Assembly (NCBI GenBank): GCA_963796105.1
Contig: CAWCKJ010000003.1
Coordinates: 384,001-448,000, forward strand
DNA from: a candidate division FCPU426 bacterium
GTDB lineage: Bacteria; Oederibacteriota; Muellerivitia; Muellerivitales; Muellerivitaceae
DNA: 64,000 bases
Direction: 5' to 3'
In this document: positions 19,381-27,619 of the stretch, piece by piece
Numbering within the stretch: position 1 is the stretch's first letter
Layout of the letters: every line of letters begins with the position of its first letter
The notes under the pieces: generated by a model
The model's database searches: none
Told to the model about the DNA's origin: nothing
The model's input: the letters and a program-made list of their open reading frames with translations, nothing else
Translations under genes and position numbers: made by a program

Positions 19381-20943
19381 TTAGGCTCCGTTCCGCGAGC
19401 GGGAGATTGCGATCTTGCCAAACTGTTTAGATCCATTTGGTCCCTCAATCAGATACAGGTAAAAACCCGAGGAAACTGGATTACTGTCGCCATTCGTCCC
19501 ATCCCAGATAAAAGTTCCTAGGTTTAAATTGGAAGAAATCAAGAATACACTGGGATCAGTTGAGTTCAATACTTTCACTAATTCGAGCTTGATGGTGTAA
19601 ATTTTCAAGGTTGATCCGACCGGCACGCAGGCGAATTTGATACAACCATGCGAACCGCATGAACCAAGAGTGCCAGAGGGCAAGTGGTTATTCGGTGGAC
19701 TTGCCTGGAAATCCATTGGATTGGGATAGATGTAGATGGGACAAGGAGTCTGGGTCGGCGGAGGCGTCATGGTAAATGTACCCGTGGGGGTGATGGTAAA
19801 AGTGTTGGTCGGAGTATCGGTGATGGTCGGTGTATAGGTGAAGGTGTATGTGTATGTGTTTGTAAAAGTGTTAGTGTATGTATAAGTGGGGGTGTAAGTA
19901 TATGTGTATGTGAATGTGTTGGTAAAGGTCGGGGTGCTAGTCCAAGTATAAGTATAGGTATAGGTGTTGGTAACAGTCGGAGTGCCGGTGAAGGTACTTG
20001 TGAACGGCGGAGTCCAGGTGCCCGTCGGGGTTTGCGTAAGCGTGGGAGTTTGAGTTGGGCTCAAGGTGGCCGTTGGAGAGTCTGTTTGGGTCGGAGTCTG
20101 GGTGAACGTATTGGTTGGAGGCGGGGTCGGGGTGTTCGTTGGAGATAACGTGGGTGTGAATGTATCTGTATTTGTCGGCGTAGGGGTAATGGTGGGAGTA
20201 TTCGTTTTAGTGGGTGTTTCAGTGACGGTATAGGTAAAAGTCGGGGTGGGGGGCACGATGCAGGGCAATGTGCCGGACCACCTCAGGTTGTCCATATAAA
20301 CCAAGTTGGAATCCATTTCATCAGCAAATCCTGAAGGAATGATGACCTGGACCAAACTAACCGGATGTGTCAAACCTGACACATCAACAAAAATCGTCGA
20401 CCAAGTATTGGCAATTGTGGAACCAGCTAAAATACCGGAAACGGCGCAATTATAAACAAGGTCATTATCCGTAACGGCGGTAACCGCACCGCTTGTATCA
20501 ATTACTGTAATATCCATTTTTCTTCCTATATTGGCAGTATATACATCCAATTCGATAAAACTTTGGGTCGATTGAACTGTTGCGGCAGTTCCCGGATGAG
20601 GATCGGTATAAGTCAATGTAACACCACAATCTTCACAATCCTGGCTTGCATTGGTATACCCCGTTGTTAAGGGTGAGGTTTCGCCCAGATTCAAATTATC
20701 CGGATTTGTGGTGTTATTAGTGAGTACCCCCAATGAGAAAACCGTTCCGGTTCCCGAGGGGTCGGAATTAGTAACCATCCAACTTGTTATAGCATTGTCG
20801 AAATGCTGGTTCGGGTCGTTTGATAGCGGATAACAGGTTATCCCAAAAGCAGAAGAATATCCGGAAAGGAAAGTCAAAATAAAAAGAATTGAATAACCCA
20901 ACCCCAGGGATTTAACAGAAAACAAATCTCGTTTTAAAAACAT
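19381..20943 (-). CDS. Secreted Thr-rich protein with T9SS-CTD/FlgD-Ig-like C-terminus
   Basis: Signal peptide; ~170-aa TX repeat tract; IYPNP...LKIYTIKLELVK...WDGTNGDSNPVSSGFYLYLI...GKIAI. Confidence 0.8.
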   Translation of the reverse strand: MFLKRDLFSVKSLGLGYSILFILTFLSGYSSAFGITCYPLSNDPNQHFDNAITSWMVTNSDPSGTGTVFSLGVLTNNTTNPDNLNLGETSPLTTGYTNASQDCEDCGVTLTYTDPHPGTAATVQSTQSFIELDVYTANIGRKMDITVIDTSGAVTAVTDNDLVYNCAVSGILAGSTIANTWSTIFVDVSGLTHPVSLVQVIIPSGFADEMDSNLVYMDNLRWSGTLPCIVPPTPTFTYTVTETPTKTNTPTITPTPTNTDTFTPTLSPTNTPTPPPTNTFTQTPTQTDSPTATLSPTQTPTLTQTPTGTWTPPFTSTFTGTPTVTNTYTYTYTWTSTPTFTNTFTYTYTYTPTYTYTNTFTNTYTYTFTYTPTITDTPTNTFTITPTGTFTMTPPPTQTPCPIYIYPNPMDFQASPPNNHLPSGTLGSCGSHGCIKFACVPVGSTLKIYTIKLELVKVLNSTDPSVFLISSNLNLGTFIWDGTNGDSNPVSSGFYLYLIEGPNGSKQFGKIAISRSRNGA

Positions 20944-20952
20944 TCACTTCTC

Positions 20953-23900
20953 CTAAAGCACTATATCCAGCAAATTGAATGCCCCCACCGCGACCAAATC
21001 CGACCTTTCGGGTGTCGGTAACCGGTTCAAAGCCGGAATATTGGGTGTTGAAACCGTAAGATTCCCCAGAACCTGTTGGTTTTCCGGCGCCAATCGATTC
21101 GGAACACCATTGGAAGGAGTTCCTAAAACCGCCTGGCTCTCCGAAGTAGCCCTATTATCCCTATTTGGAAGGGTTCGCGCAACTGATTCAAAGGCTGAAA
21201 TTTGTGGGGTTGAAAATATGGGATTCAGCAACGGTGGAGGTTGCTGACTTGTGACGGTTTGGACTGGAGGGGCAGATGTGGCAAAAAAACCCTGACTTGA
21301 GGGTGAAAAGGTGTTCAAAGAGGCGATTTGAAGGGCACTTAGGGTTTCCTGCAACCTTTGACTCAAAGCTTTTCTACCGACTTCCCTGATCCGATCCTGA
21401 ATAAGTTGGTCCTGGGTTTCCTGGCTTAAAGCATCCGGTCCGGGACCCACGTTCGGGATAATCACGAATGGTTTGGCTCCTGTCAATTGGTCCTGCGTAT
21501 TCTCAGTGGTCGAACCCTGAAGAGGGGCGGAAATATTGATATTAAGGTTTGTCGTCAAGGGAACAGCCGGCAATGGGGAGGGCGCCACTAACCTGGAATG
21601 AACCGGAACTTTGTTCTCAGCGATGACCACTTCACTATTAGTCACATTGGAAAAGGTGGGTCCCTGGTTTGGTTGAAAGGGATTTAACAGCCCTGGATAC
21701 GCTGCTTGTCCGGGATTGGGAATATTGGGCATCTGAGCGGGCTCCAAATTGACATTGTTTTGAGGCGCAACGGGAGTCTGGATACCTTTTGCTCCCACTT
21801 GAGGACTCCTTCGCCTGGAATCAAGACCTATCGTTACGGGTGGATTTTGATTTGAAAATTGGTTATTTAGGGTCGGTGTTTTTCCTGGGCCAATTTCCTT
21901 ATTCCCCATGGTTTCGGGATTGGGATTAGAAATGGGCTGAACAGCCTCAGGAGTTAAAGTTCGAGGATTTAGAGACTCTGTTTCCGGAAGGTTGACGGCT
22001 ATTAAATTTTGATTCGAAGGCCCGCCAGCCATTACCCGAAAATTCGGCTCCCGTGTCCCTGTCAGCGCGAATTGCTTAGGTTGGTTCTGTGTACCAGCCT
22101 GAGTAGTAGGTCTCACCGCAACCGGCTGGTTTTGAGTCCTTTCAGGATTGGTTTGGGGCATTTGAACCTTGGTTTCCTTCTGTTCCTCATTGGCGGTTGT
22201 TCTCAAATTTTGATTGGCAATGGGTTGAACCGCTTCCGGAGGAGCCGGTCTTGAAGGCTGATTCGAGTTTACAGGCGCTTGATTAATGATCGGATTAGTT
22301 TGAACCGGCCCGCCCGCCACAACCCTGAAATTAGGCTCCCGAGTCGCAGTCCGAGCTGATTGCGTAGGTTGGTTCTGTGTACTTGTTTGGGAAGTAGGTC
22401 TCACCGCAACGGCCTGGTTTTGAGCCCTTCCAGGATTGGTTTGGGGCATTTGAACCTTGATTTTCGGTTGCTCCTCGTTGGGGGTCGTTCTCAAGTTTTG
22501 ATTGGCAATGGGTTGGACCCCTTCCGGAGGAGCCGGTCTTGAAGGCTGATTCGAGTTTACAGACGCTTGATTAACGGCCGGATTAGTTTGAACCGGCCCA
22601 CCCGCCACAACCCTGAAATTAGGCTCCTGAGTCTCAGTCCGAGCTGATTGCGCTGGTTGGTTCTGTATACCAGCCTGGGTATTAGGTCTCACCGCAACCG
22701 GCTGGTTTTTAACCCTTCCAGGATTGGCTTGGGGCGTTTGAACCCTGGTTTCCGGTTGCTCCCAGTTGGAGGTTGTTCTCAGGTTTTGATTGGCAATGGG
22801 TTGAACCGCTTCTGGAGGCGCCGGTCTCGAAGGCGGATTCTCGTTTACCGGCGTTTGATAAACGGCCGGATTAGTTTGAACCGGCCCGCCCGCCACAACC
22901 CTGAAATTAGGCTCCCGAGTCGCAGTCCGCGCGGATTGCGCTGGTTGGTTCTGTGGACCTGTTTGGGTATTAGGTCTCACCGCAACCGGTTGATTTTGAA
23001 CCCCTCCAGAATTTGCATGGGGCGTTTGAACCCTAGTTTCCGGCCGCTCCTTGTTAGTAGTTGTTCTCAAGTTTTGATTGGCAATGGGTTGAACCGCTTC
23101 CGGAGGCGCCGGTCTTGAAAGCGGATTCTCGTTTACCGGAGCTTGATTAACGGCCGGATTAGATTGAACCGGCCCACCCGCCACAACCCTGAAATTAGGC
23201 TCCCGAGTCACAGTCCACGCGGGTTGCGTTGGCTGCTTCTGAGTTCCAGCCTGGATATCAGGCACCACCGCAACCGGCTGGTTTTGAATCCTTCCAGGAT
23301 TGGTTTGGGGCGTTTGAGCCCTGGTTTCCGGACGCTCATTGTTGACGGTTGTTCTCGAGTTTTGATCGACAATCGGTTGGATTGTTTCAGGATTCCCTGG
23401 TTTTAGAGCCGCCCCGGAGGACTCAATCCTAGAATTGGAATTGGTCGCGGCAGGGATTACGGTTCCCCGAGCAACGGCTTGCGCGCTTTCAAATTGAAGG
23501 TTATTACTTCCGGTACCAGGTTGGATGAGATTTATTTCAACCCCGCCTTTTCCCGCCATATTGGGAAAGGCCTGGCCCCGATTAACGGGACCCTCCAAGC
23601 GTGAATGACCTGTTGTTTCCGCTGATACGGTTTTGGCATTAGCCCCGGGAATTTTGGAATTTTCACCCACAACTCTTGAATTTCGAGCGTCATTGAAACG
23701 GTTATTGGGAAGATTTGTTTCAGCTGGATTCCCGCTGGGATGAATAATATTTTGATTACCGGCCGTCTGACCAGTCACCCCGCCCTCCATTACAGGGAAA
23801 TCCTGTTTTGAAAATCGATCCGCCGGCGGAGGAAGAAGAAGATTTTTTAATTGATTCAATCCGCTTTGAAGGGTTTGAACCCCCTGGATGGCGTCTTGGA

Positions 23901-24108
23901 TGACCATCGGGAGGGGTCCGAATTTCTGGGTTAAAAAATTAACGGCTTTTACTGAAAGTTTTTCATCCCGTGACGCCTCCGGCTTGGGGTCCTGATTGAT
24001 TTTCCTCAAGGCGGGGTCTGTCCCCAGAACAAGGGGTTGAACCGTTAGATCGTCCTTTCTCCTGACGGAACCGATGGAGTTATTTCCAATGAATGAGTAT
24101 CCAGCCAT
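20953..24108 (-). CDS. Large disordered Asn/Gln/Pro-rich protein with 96-aa tandem repeats
   Basis: 1051-aa ORF after flbD with AAGGA SD; no signal peptide seen. Confidence 0.75.
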   Translation of the reverse strand: MAGYSFIGNNSIGSVRRKDDLTVQPLVLGTDPALRKINQDPKPEASRDEKLSVKAVNFLTQKFGPLPMVIQDAIQGVQTLQSGLNQLKNLLLPPPADRFSKQDFPVMEGGVTGQTAGNQNIIHPSGNPAETNLPNNRFNDARNSRVVGENSKIPGANAKTVSAETTGHSRLEGPVNRGQAFPNMAGKGGVEINLIQPGTGSNNLQFESAQAVARGTVIPAATNSNSRIESSGAALKPGNPETIQPIVDQNSRTTVNNERPETRAQTPQTNPGRIQNQPVAVVPDIQAGTQKQPTQPAWTVTREPNFRVVAGGPVQSNPAVNQAPVNENPLSRPAPPEAVQPIANQNLRTTTNKERPETRVQTPHANSGGVQNQPVAVRPNTQTGPQNQPAQSARTATREPNFRVVAGGPVQTNPAVYQTPVNENPPSRPAPPEAVQPIANQNLRTTSNWEQPETRVQTPQANPGRVKNQPVAVRPNTQAGIQNQPAQSARTETQEPNFRVVAGGPVQTNPAVNQASVNSNQPSRPAPPEGVQPIANQNLRTTPNEEQPKIKVQMPQTNPGRAQNQAVAVRPTSQTSTQNQPTQSARTATREPNFRVVAGGPVQTNPIINQAPVNSNQPSRPAPPEAVQPIANQNLRTTANEEQKETKVQMPQTNPERTQNQPVAVRPTTQAGTQNQPKQFALTGTREPNFRVMAGGPSNQNLIAVNLPETESLNPRTLTPEAVQPISNPNPETMGNKEIGPGKTPTLNNQFSNQNPPVTIGLDSRRRSPQVGAKGIQTPVAPQNNVNLEPAQMPNIPNPGQAAYPGLLNPFQPNQGPTFSNVTNSEVVIAENKVPVHSRLVAPSPLPAVPLTTNLNINISAPLQGSTTENTQDQLTGAKPFVIIPNVGPGPDALSQETQDQLIQDRIREVGRKALSQRLQETLSALQIASLNTFSPSSQGFFATSAPPVQTVTSQQPPPLLNPIFSTPQISAFESVARTLPNRDNRATSESQAVLGTPSNGVPNRLAPENQQVLGNLTVSTPNIPALNRLPTPERSDLVAVGAFNLLDIVL
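21920..23395 (-). repeat. ~5 tandem 288-bp (96-aa) repeats
   Basis: TGATTGGCAATGGG-like anchor at 22211, 22499, 22787, 23075 and 23363. Confidence 0.92.
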
Positions 24109-24140
24109 TTTTCCATCCTTCTAGTCAAACCAGACCTTGC

Positions 24141-24341
24141 TTAATGGTTTTCCACCACTTTGGGATAACAGCGGGACTTATACTCGACGATATGTCCTAC
24201 TACTTGGGAGATGGTTTCCTTGACGGTCATTTTCTTGCCGTTTTGGAGTGTAAGTATCGTCTCAGGTGAGCTCTCCAGAAAAAGAATTAAATCGGCGTTG
24301 ACATAAACTTCCCGTCCGTCTAATCGGGTTACTGGTATCAT
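24141..24341 (-). CDS. flbD: Flagellar protein FlbD/SwrD
   Basis: MIPVTRLDGREVYVNADLILFLESSPETILTLQNGKKMTVKE; GGTGAGG SD. Confidence 0.92.
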   Translation of the reverse strand: MIPVTRLDGREVYVNADLILFLESSPETILTLQNGKKMTVKETISQVVGHIVEYKSRCYPKVVENH

Positions 24342-24474
24342 TGCCTCACCTTCAATGCCTTCAACTTCTATTTTATCACAAGATACCCAGGCCATGGCCC
24401 AATTACAAGACCAGTTGACTCATGCCGACATCGATGGAGCAACTTGATAAACCCAAATTTTTCCAAGTGAGTCT

Positions 24475-24552
24475 AAAAAAAACGGCGCCCCCCGTGAAGG
24501 AAAGCGCCGCCTATTCCAACAAAACCGTGCTTCCGGTTGCCCGGAAGCACGG
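24475..24552 (-). terminator. Tandem intrinsic terminators after flgE
   Basis: CCGTGCTTCCGG-GCAA-CCGGAAGCACGG-TTTTGTT, then CGGCGCTTTCC-TTCAC-GGGGGGCGCCG-T8. Confidence 0.85.
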
Positions 24553-24575
24553 CCTCAATCTTTAAAACTCAGTTA

Positions 24576-26534
24576 TCAACCACCCTGGCCCAATTGGGTC
24601 AGGACCTGCAGGTTGGCGTTCTCAACCGCGATCACGCGGGAATTCACGTCAAATCCCCTTTGCGCGATGATCATATTGGATAACTCCGTCGTCAAATCGA
24701 CGTTCGAAGCCTCCAAAGCGCCTCCCTCAATGGTCCCAAGGCCGAGCTTTCCGGCCGTTCCCACTGTTTCCGCACCCGCGTTAGTCGAAGCTTGATAGTA
24801 ATTGTTCCCAACGTTATCTAAACCGCCCTCATTCTCAACGTTCGCCATGGCAATCTGCCCCAAAGCCGTGGTCTGACCGTTGGAGAACGTCCCTTGAATC
24901 GTCCCAGTGGCGTCAAAAGCGAGGCTTTGCAGGGTGCCGTCAGCGTAACCGTTCTGTGTTTCCGTGGCGTGGCTGTCCGGAACATAAGTGTTGACCCCGT
25001 TCACGATCTGGTAGGAACCTTCCGCGTCCCCGGTCAAGCCGTCCCGCTTGCCGTAGATATAGGAAGTGCCATTGACGCTGCTTTCCGAACCGGCGGTGCC
25101 AAAATTCATGTTGACTGCCATGATCTCGGCCCCGAAAGTAGGAATAGGTGATACAGGATTTGCGCCCTCGTTAATGGGTGCCAAGTATATGGTGGCTTGG
25201 CTTTGCACATCTTGATTCGTAGCGGCAATGTTACGAACTCCACCCATCGAAGCCAAGGAGCCATCGGTATTGAAATAGATGAAATCTCCCCAATACTGGT
25301 CGCCGGCTGTACCCTTATCATAACCAGCCAAAGCGGCTAGAGGGGCTGGCACAGGTTGTGGTTGTCCCGGGGGTGTTCCAATTCCGCCAATCTCACCTTG
25401 GGTAATTCCAGTGCCGCCAACCAAAGTCGCGTCGCTGACTTTGCCTCCGTTGGTGGTGTCAAAAGCGTACCAAGCATAACAAGTCTGGTTTGGCCCTGCC
25501 AGATTGTTAATAGGCGGATTGGCCGTACCCAGATCCATGACCTGGTAGAACTGGGTGGTGATCTGCCGAGCGGTCCCAGTCGAATCATAAACAGTCGTGG
25601 TAGTTGTCAAAGCCGGAGGAATCGGCGGGTTTTGATCCCAAGCGTAATTCCCGCCGTCGGCTACCACGTCAGCCAAGTCTTGTCCTTGCGTCATGACAGG
25701 CGTCGTCGGCTGGAAAGTAGCGGTCGCCAAGGGATTGTTCGGGTCAGGCGGCTGGCTCAGATTCCCCAACTCTATCATGGCAAACGTTCCATTCGCATTT
25801 CCCGGGGGATAGGGTACCAGTGCCGCTTTCGCGGCATTCATCTGGGCGGTTTGGAACATGAATGGGAGAACCGGTGCCAAATTGCTCCCCACATTCAAAG
25901 GATCGGCTTGTTGGAAGGAATCCAGATTTCCGACAAAGTTAAGCTGGGTCGTAGCCTTGGCTGGTTCCACGAAATTCGGGCTGATCTGGATTTTCCCGAT
26001 GTTAGCCGGGTTGGAATTATCCAGTACCAGGCTCGCGGTCGTGATCACTGAGGGCTGTTGGCCAAGAGGTCCCCGAGTGTCCAGGATTTGGGTCGAATAC
26101 TCGGTCTGGGCGCTCCATCCCTGGATCAACCCACCGTTCTGGTCGACCAAGTTTCCGACGCTGTCAAAGGTCAAGTTGCCGGCCCTGGTCAAATAGGTTT
26201 GACCGGCCTTGTTTGACATCAGGAAGCCGTTGCCGTTGATGGCGATGTCCGTCGAAAGCCCGGTTTGTTGGATGGCCCCTTCCGTCCATAAAGTGGTAAT
26301 GGAAGCGACTCTTGTTCCCAATCCCACCTGCTGTGGATCGACCCCGCCGAGATTACTGCCGGTGTTGTCCCCCTGGCCGGAATAAAGCGTTTGACTCAAC
26401 GCATCCTCAAACTCCACTCGGCTGGCCTTGTAAGCCACCGTGTTGGTGTTGGAGATGTTATTTCCGATCACATCGAGCCAAGTGCTATTGGCTTCCAGGC
26501 CGGAAATGGCGCTAAACATGTCTCGAAGACCCAT
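24576..26534 (-). CDS. flgE: Flagellar hook protein (enlarged, ~652 aa)
   Basis: SAISGLEANSTWLDVIGNNISN, TRAGNLTFD, LEASNVDLTTELSNMIIAQRGF; AAGGAGG SD before ATG 26534. Confidence 0.93.
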   Translation of the reverse strand: MGLRDMFSAISGLEANSTWLDVIGNNISNTNTVAYKASRVEFEDALSQTLYSGQGDNTGSNLGGVDPQQVGLGTRVASITTLWTEGAIQQTGLSTDIAINGNGFLMSNKAGQTYLTRAGNLTFDSVGNLVDQNGGLIQGWSAQTEYSTQILDTRGPLGQQPSVITTASLVLDNSNPANIGKIQISPNFVEPAKATTQLNFVGNLDSFQQADPLNVGSNLAPVLPFMFQTAQMNAAKAALVPYPPGNANGTFAMIELGNLSQPPDPNNPLATATFQPTTPVMTQGQDLADVVADGGNYAWDQNPPIPPALTTTTTVYDSTGTARQITTQFYQVMDLGTANPPINNLAGPNQTCYAWYAFDTTNGGKVSDATLVGGTGITQGEIGGIGTPPGQPQPVPAPLAALAGYDKGTAGDQYWGDFIYFNTDGSLASMGGVRNIAATNQDVQSQATIYLAPINEGANPVSPIPTFGAEIMAVNMNFGTAGSESSVNGTSYIYGKRDGLTGDAEGSYQIVNGVNTYVPDSHATETQNGYADGTLQSLAFDATGTIQGTFSNGQTTALGQIAMANVENEGGLDNVGNNYYQASTNAGAETVGTAGKLGLGTIEGGALEASNVDLTTELSNMIIAQRGFDVNSRVIAVENANLQVLTQLGQGG

Positions 26535-26554
26535 TGTCTTCCTCCTTGAAATTA

Positions 26555-26607
26555 GGCGGGCATTAAACCCGCCGGGTTTTCGGGCTTCCTCCAAGAGGTC
26601 CAGCCCG
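26555..26607 (-). promoter_or_regulatory. Structured flgE leader (GGA-bulge hairpin plus second hairpin), candidate cis-regulatory RNA
   Basis: CGGGCT-GGA-CCTC-TTG-GAGG-A-AGCCCG then GGCGGG-TTTAATG-CCCGCC. Confidence 0.6.
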
Positions 26608-26621
26608 TTCGCTGCTTAAGA

Positions 26622-27032
26622 CTAAACAATCACCGCGCTATCGATATTCGTGAAGACATTTTCTTTCATACTGCCCCCATCCAGCGCGGTTATGACCGTC
26701 CGATTCGTTACGCTGACAATGAAGGCCTGACTATCCATCACCAGAAGGGACTGTTTCGCGCCCTTGGCCGCGGCCTTATTCACCCCGGTCGTGATGCGAT
26801 CCATATCATCCTCTGAAAGCTGGATGTTTCTCAGGCTCAACCGCTCCTTCGCGTGAGCGGAAAACTTCAAAGACTCTCCCTTTCCCACCGCCGTCTGGAA
26901 AACCGTCTGAAAAGGCTGTACGCCCTCCGCCGCCCGGCTCGCCTGCTGCTGGATCACCTTCAACTGAGCCTGGCTTTGGACCTTGTCCACGGGATTGAGA
27001 TGGGAATCGTTAAAGTTCACTTGTTGAACCAC
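26622..27032 (-). CDS. Flagellar operon protein, TIGR02530 family
   Basis: LKFSAHAKERLSLRNI...KGAKQSLLV...NRTVITALD...NVFTNIDSAVIV between flgD and flgE. Confidence 0.92.
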   Translation of the reverse strand: MVQQVNFNDSHLNPVDKVQSQAQLKVIQQQASRAAEGVQPFQTVFQTAVGKGESLKFSAHAKERLSLRNIQLSEDDMDRITTGVNKAAAKGAKQSLLVMDSQAFIVSVTNRTVITALDGGSMKENVFTNIDSAVIV

Positions 27033-27099
27033 TTTGTCTTCACCTGCCCTTCACCGGCCCGGACCTAACCAAGCCAAAATTAAAAACTCACACTACACC

Positions 27100-27531
27100 T
27101 CAACCACCAGATGCTGAAACAACATTCCCCACATTTTGTACAGATGACAAAGGATAATTCACCCCGTTCACCTGAACAGCAGGACCGTTCGCGTAATAAA
27201 CAATTCCGCTGACTTGCCCAGTCGTAAACCCGCTCGGCTGACTCGGATCCGCCACTGTGACAGTTTGCCCAATCATTGAAACGGCTGAGTTTTCCAAAAC
27301 CGTTTCCATGCTTGTATTCATGTTGGACATTTGTTCCAGGGACGAAAACTGAGCCAATTGAGCGACAAACTGGCTGCTATCCTGCGGATTCATCGGGTCC
27401 TGGTTCTTCAGCTGTGTGATCAGGAGCGTTAAAAAAGTGCTCTGGGACACAAACTGATTATTCGCGGTAACTGCGCCGGCCAAAGCGTTACTGTTGCTAG
27501 AACTTGAACCACTTACCCCGCTGATTGCCAT
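27100..27531 (-). CDS. flgD: Hook cap protein (short)
   Basis: FLTLLITQLKNQDPMNPQDSSQFVAQLAQFSSLEQM. Confidence 0.95.
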   Translation of the reverse strand: MAISGVSGSSSSNSNALAGAVTANNQFVSQSTFLTLLITQLKNQDPMNPQDSSQFVAQLAQFSSLEQMSNMNTSMETVLENSAVSMIGQTVTVADPSQPSGFTTGQVSGIVYYANGPAVQVNGVNYPLSSVQNVGNVVSASGG

Positions 27532-27569
27532 TAAAATCACCCCGCTTTCGATTCCAACTCTTACGTAAA

Positions 27570-27596
27570 CTAACGGCTTAAATCGTTAAAACTTAA
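27570..27596 (-). promoter_or_regulatory. Sigma28 (FliA)-like promoter upstream of flgD
   Basis: TTAA-N15-GCCGTTAG, matching the motif upstream of flgM. Confidence 0.6.
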
Positions 27597-27619
27597 CCTT
27601 TTTTCGCTAAAAAAACCAC

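Noticed and set aside
21920..23395. 288-bp repeats as CRISPR or ncRNA array
   Set aside because: In-frame coding repeats with no unique spacers
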